DNA from: Lama glama
Taxonomy: Eukaryota
Length of the DNA stretch: 64,000 nt
NCBI GenBank assembly: GCA_028534125.1
Contig: JAPYYK010000105.1
Coordinates: 868,001-932,000, forward strand
Reading direction: 5' to 3'
The translations under genes and the position numbers were made by a program. The notes under the pieces were generated by a model, which saw nothing but the letters and a program-made list of their open reading frames with translations, was not told the origin of the DNA and did not search any database. Positions 63,162 through 64,000 of this stretch are shown one piece after another. Positions within the stretch are counted from its first letter, which is position 1. Every line of letters begins with the position of its first letter.

Positions 63162-64000
63162 GTAACAAAGAGGATTGAAATGTGGTGCCGTAAAACACTA
63201 TTGCATTTTTATAACCTACTGTTCACAAGCAATGATGCTTCCTTCATCCCTTCCTCCCCGAATACGACTTTCACTCTGGTCTTGAATTATTCATTTTTAA
63301 ACTAAAGAGCTATGGCAATGTCTGCATTGTAAGGAAAAACAGGCTCTTTAGTGCTGAGAATTGTTCATGCTGACAGTGGTCAGCCAGACGTGCACGTAGT
63401 GGATCTTTCTGGTCAGTATCTTTCTTGTCTCTGTGCCCCAGTTACCTCTGTGCCTACCAAAATATCCGTAGCTAGCTTTCTCAACCAGCCTTTGGGAGGC
63501 CCGCTTTATATGGTGTCATGTCATTTTTCAAAGGCAGAAAATAGAAAGATATGTTCCCCAAATATCCCTTGTGTTAGAGATGAATTATTTGCCAATAATT
63601 CAGTCTGCTTGCCTTTCTAGACTGCAGACAGAAAACAAACAGGGTTATACATTTGAACATTTTTCAGCAGCATAACAGCAGCCCAGCCAGACATGCAAAT
63701 AATTCATTCCCACAAGCATAACAGACAATTTATCTCCCAAGTCAACTGGGGCTGAAATAAGATACACGCGGAAACAGTCAGTTAATCACATCTCGGATTG
63801 CGAATGTTTGCAGCCTGACAATAGTACGAACCTCTGTCGAGGCAATTGGGAAGAGCGTGTTTTGAGAAGAGCATAAACGTGGTGGGTTGCTAATTCATCA
63901 CTGATGGAAGCAGGAAAGCAAAGAGGTGGAATTTATGTCCACTCCGGGGGCAGTCCGTGGTTATGTGATGATTAGCTTTCTCTCCCTGATCTAGGGGAGC

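Noticed and set aside
63800-63920. Possible MACROH2A2 exon 6 after tttgcAG
   Set aside because: No frame gives the expected LSLTQSDISHIG sequence; exon 6 must lie beyond the window.
1-64000. CRISPR arrays, rRNA genes, prokaryotic operons
   Set aside because: None seen; the window is mammalian intergenic and intronic DNA.

Overview
Mammalian genomic DNA, probably from a camelid (five copies of a short tRNA-derived vic-1-type SINE, plus cetartiodactyl-type L1 3' ends), with six assembly gaps. The only intact protein-coding gene is the 5' part of MACROH2A2 (H2AFY2) on the + strand: CpG-island promoter and non-coding exon 1 (about 31.4-33.2 kb, TSS lost in a gap) and coding exons 2-5 (49216-63161, aa 1-196); the rest lies beyond the window. 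Most other sequence is old interspersed repeats (L1, MIR, L2, MaLR LTRs, DNA transposons). Two decayed elements sit just upstream of the promoter and are not visible as ORFs. (1) A candidate multi-gene endogenous bornavirus-like element (about 27.6-31.3 kb, +) with colinear remnants of nucleoprotein, an X/P-sized segment and glycoprotein, possibly followed by the start of matrix, i.e. the N-X/P-G-M order of carboviruses and culterviruses. (2) An intronless RFPL-like RING/B30.2 pseudogene (about 25.25-26.05 kb, +). Both homologies were made by eye against reference proteins recalled from memory and need tBLASTn or HMM confirmation. Repeat boundaries without TSD support are approximate.
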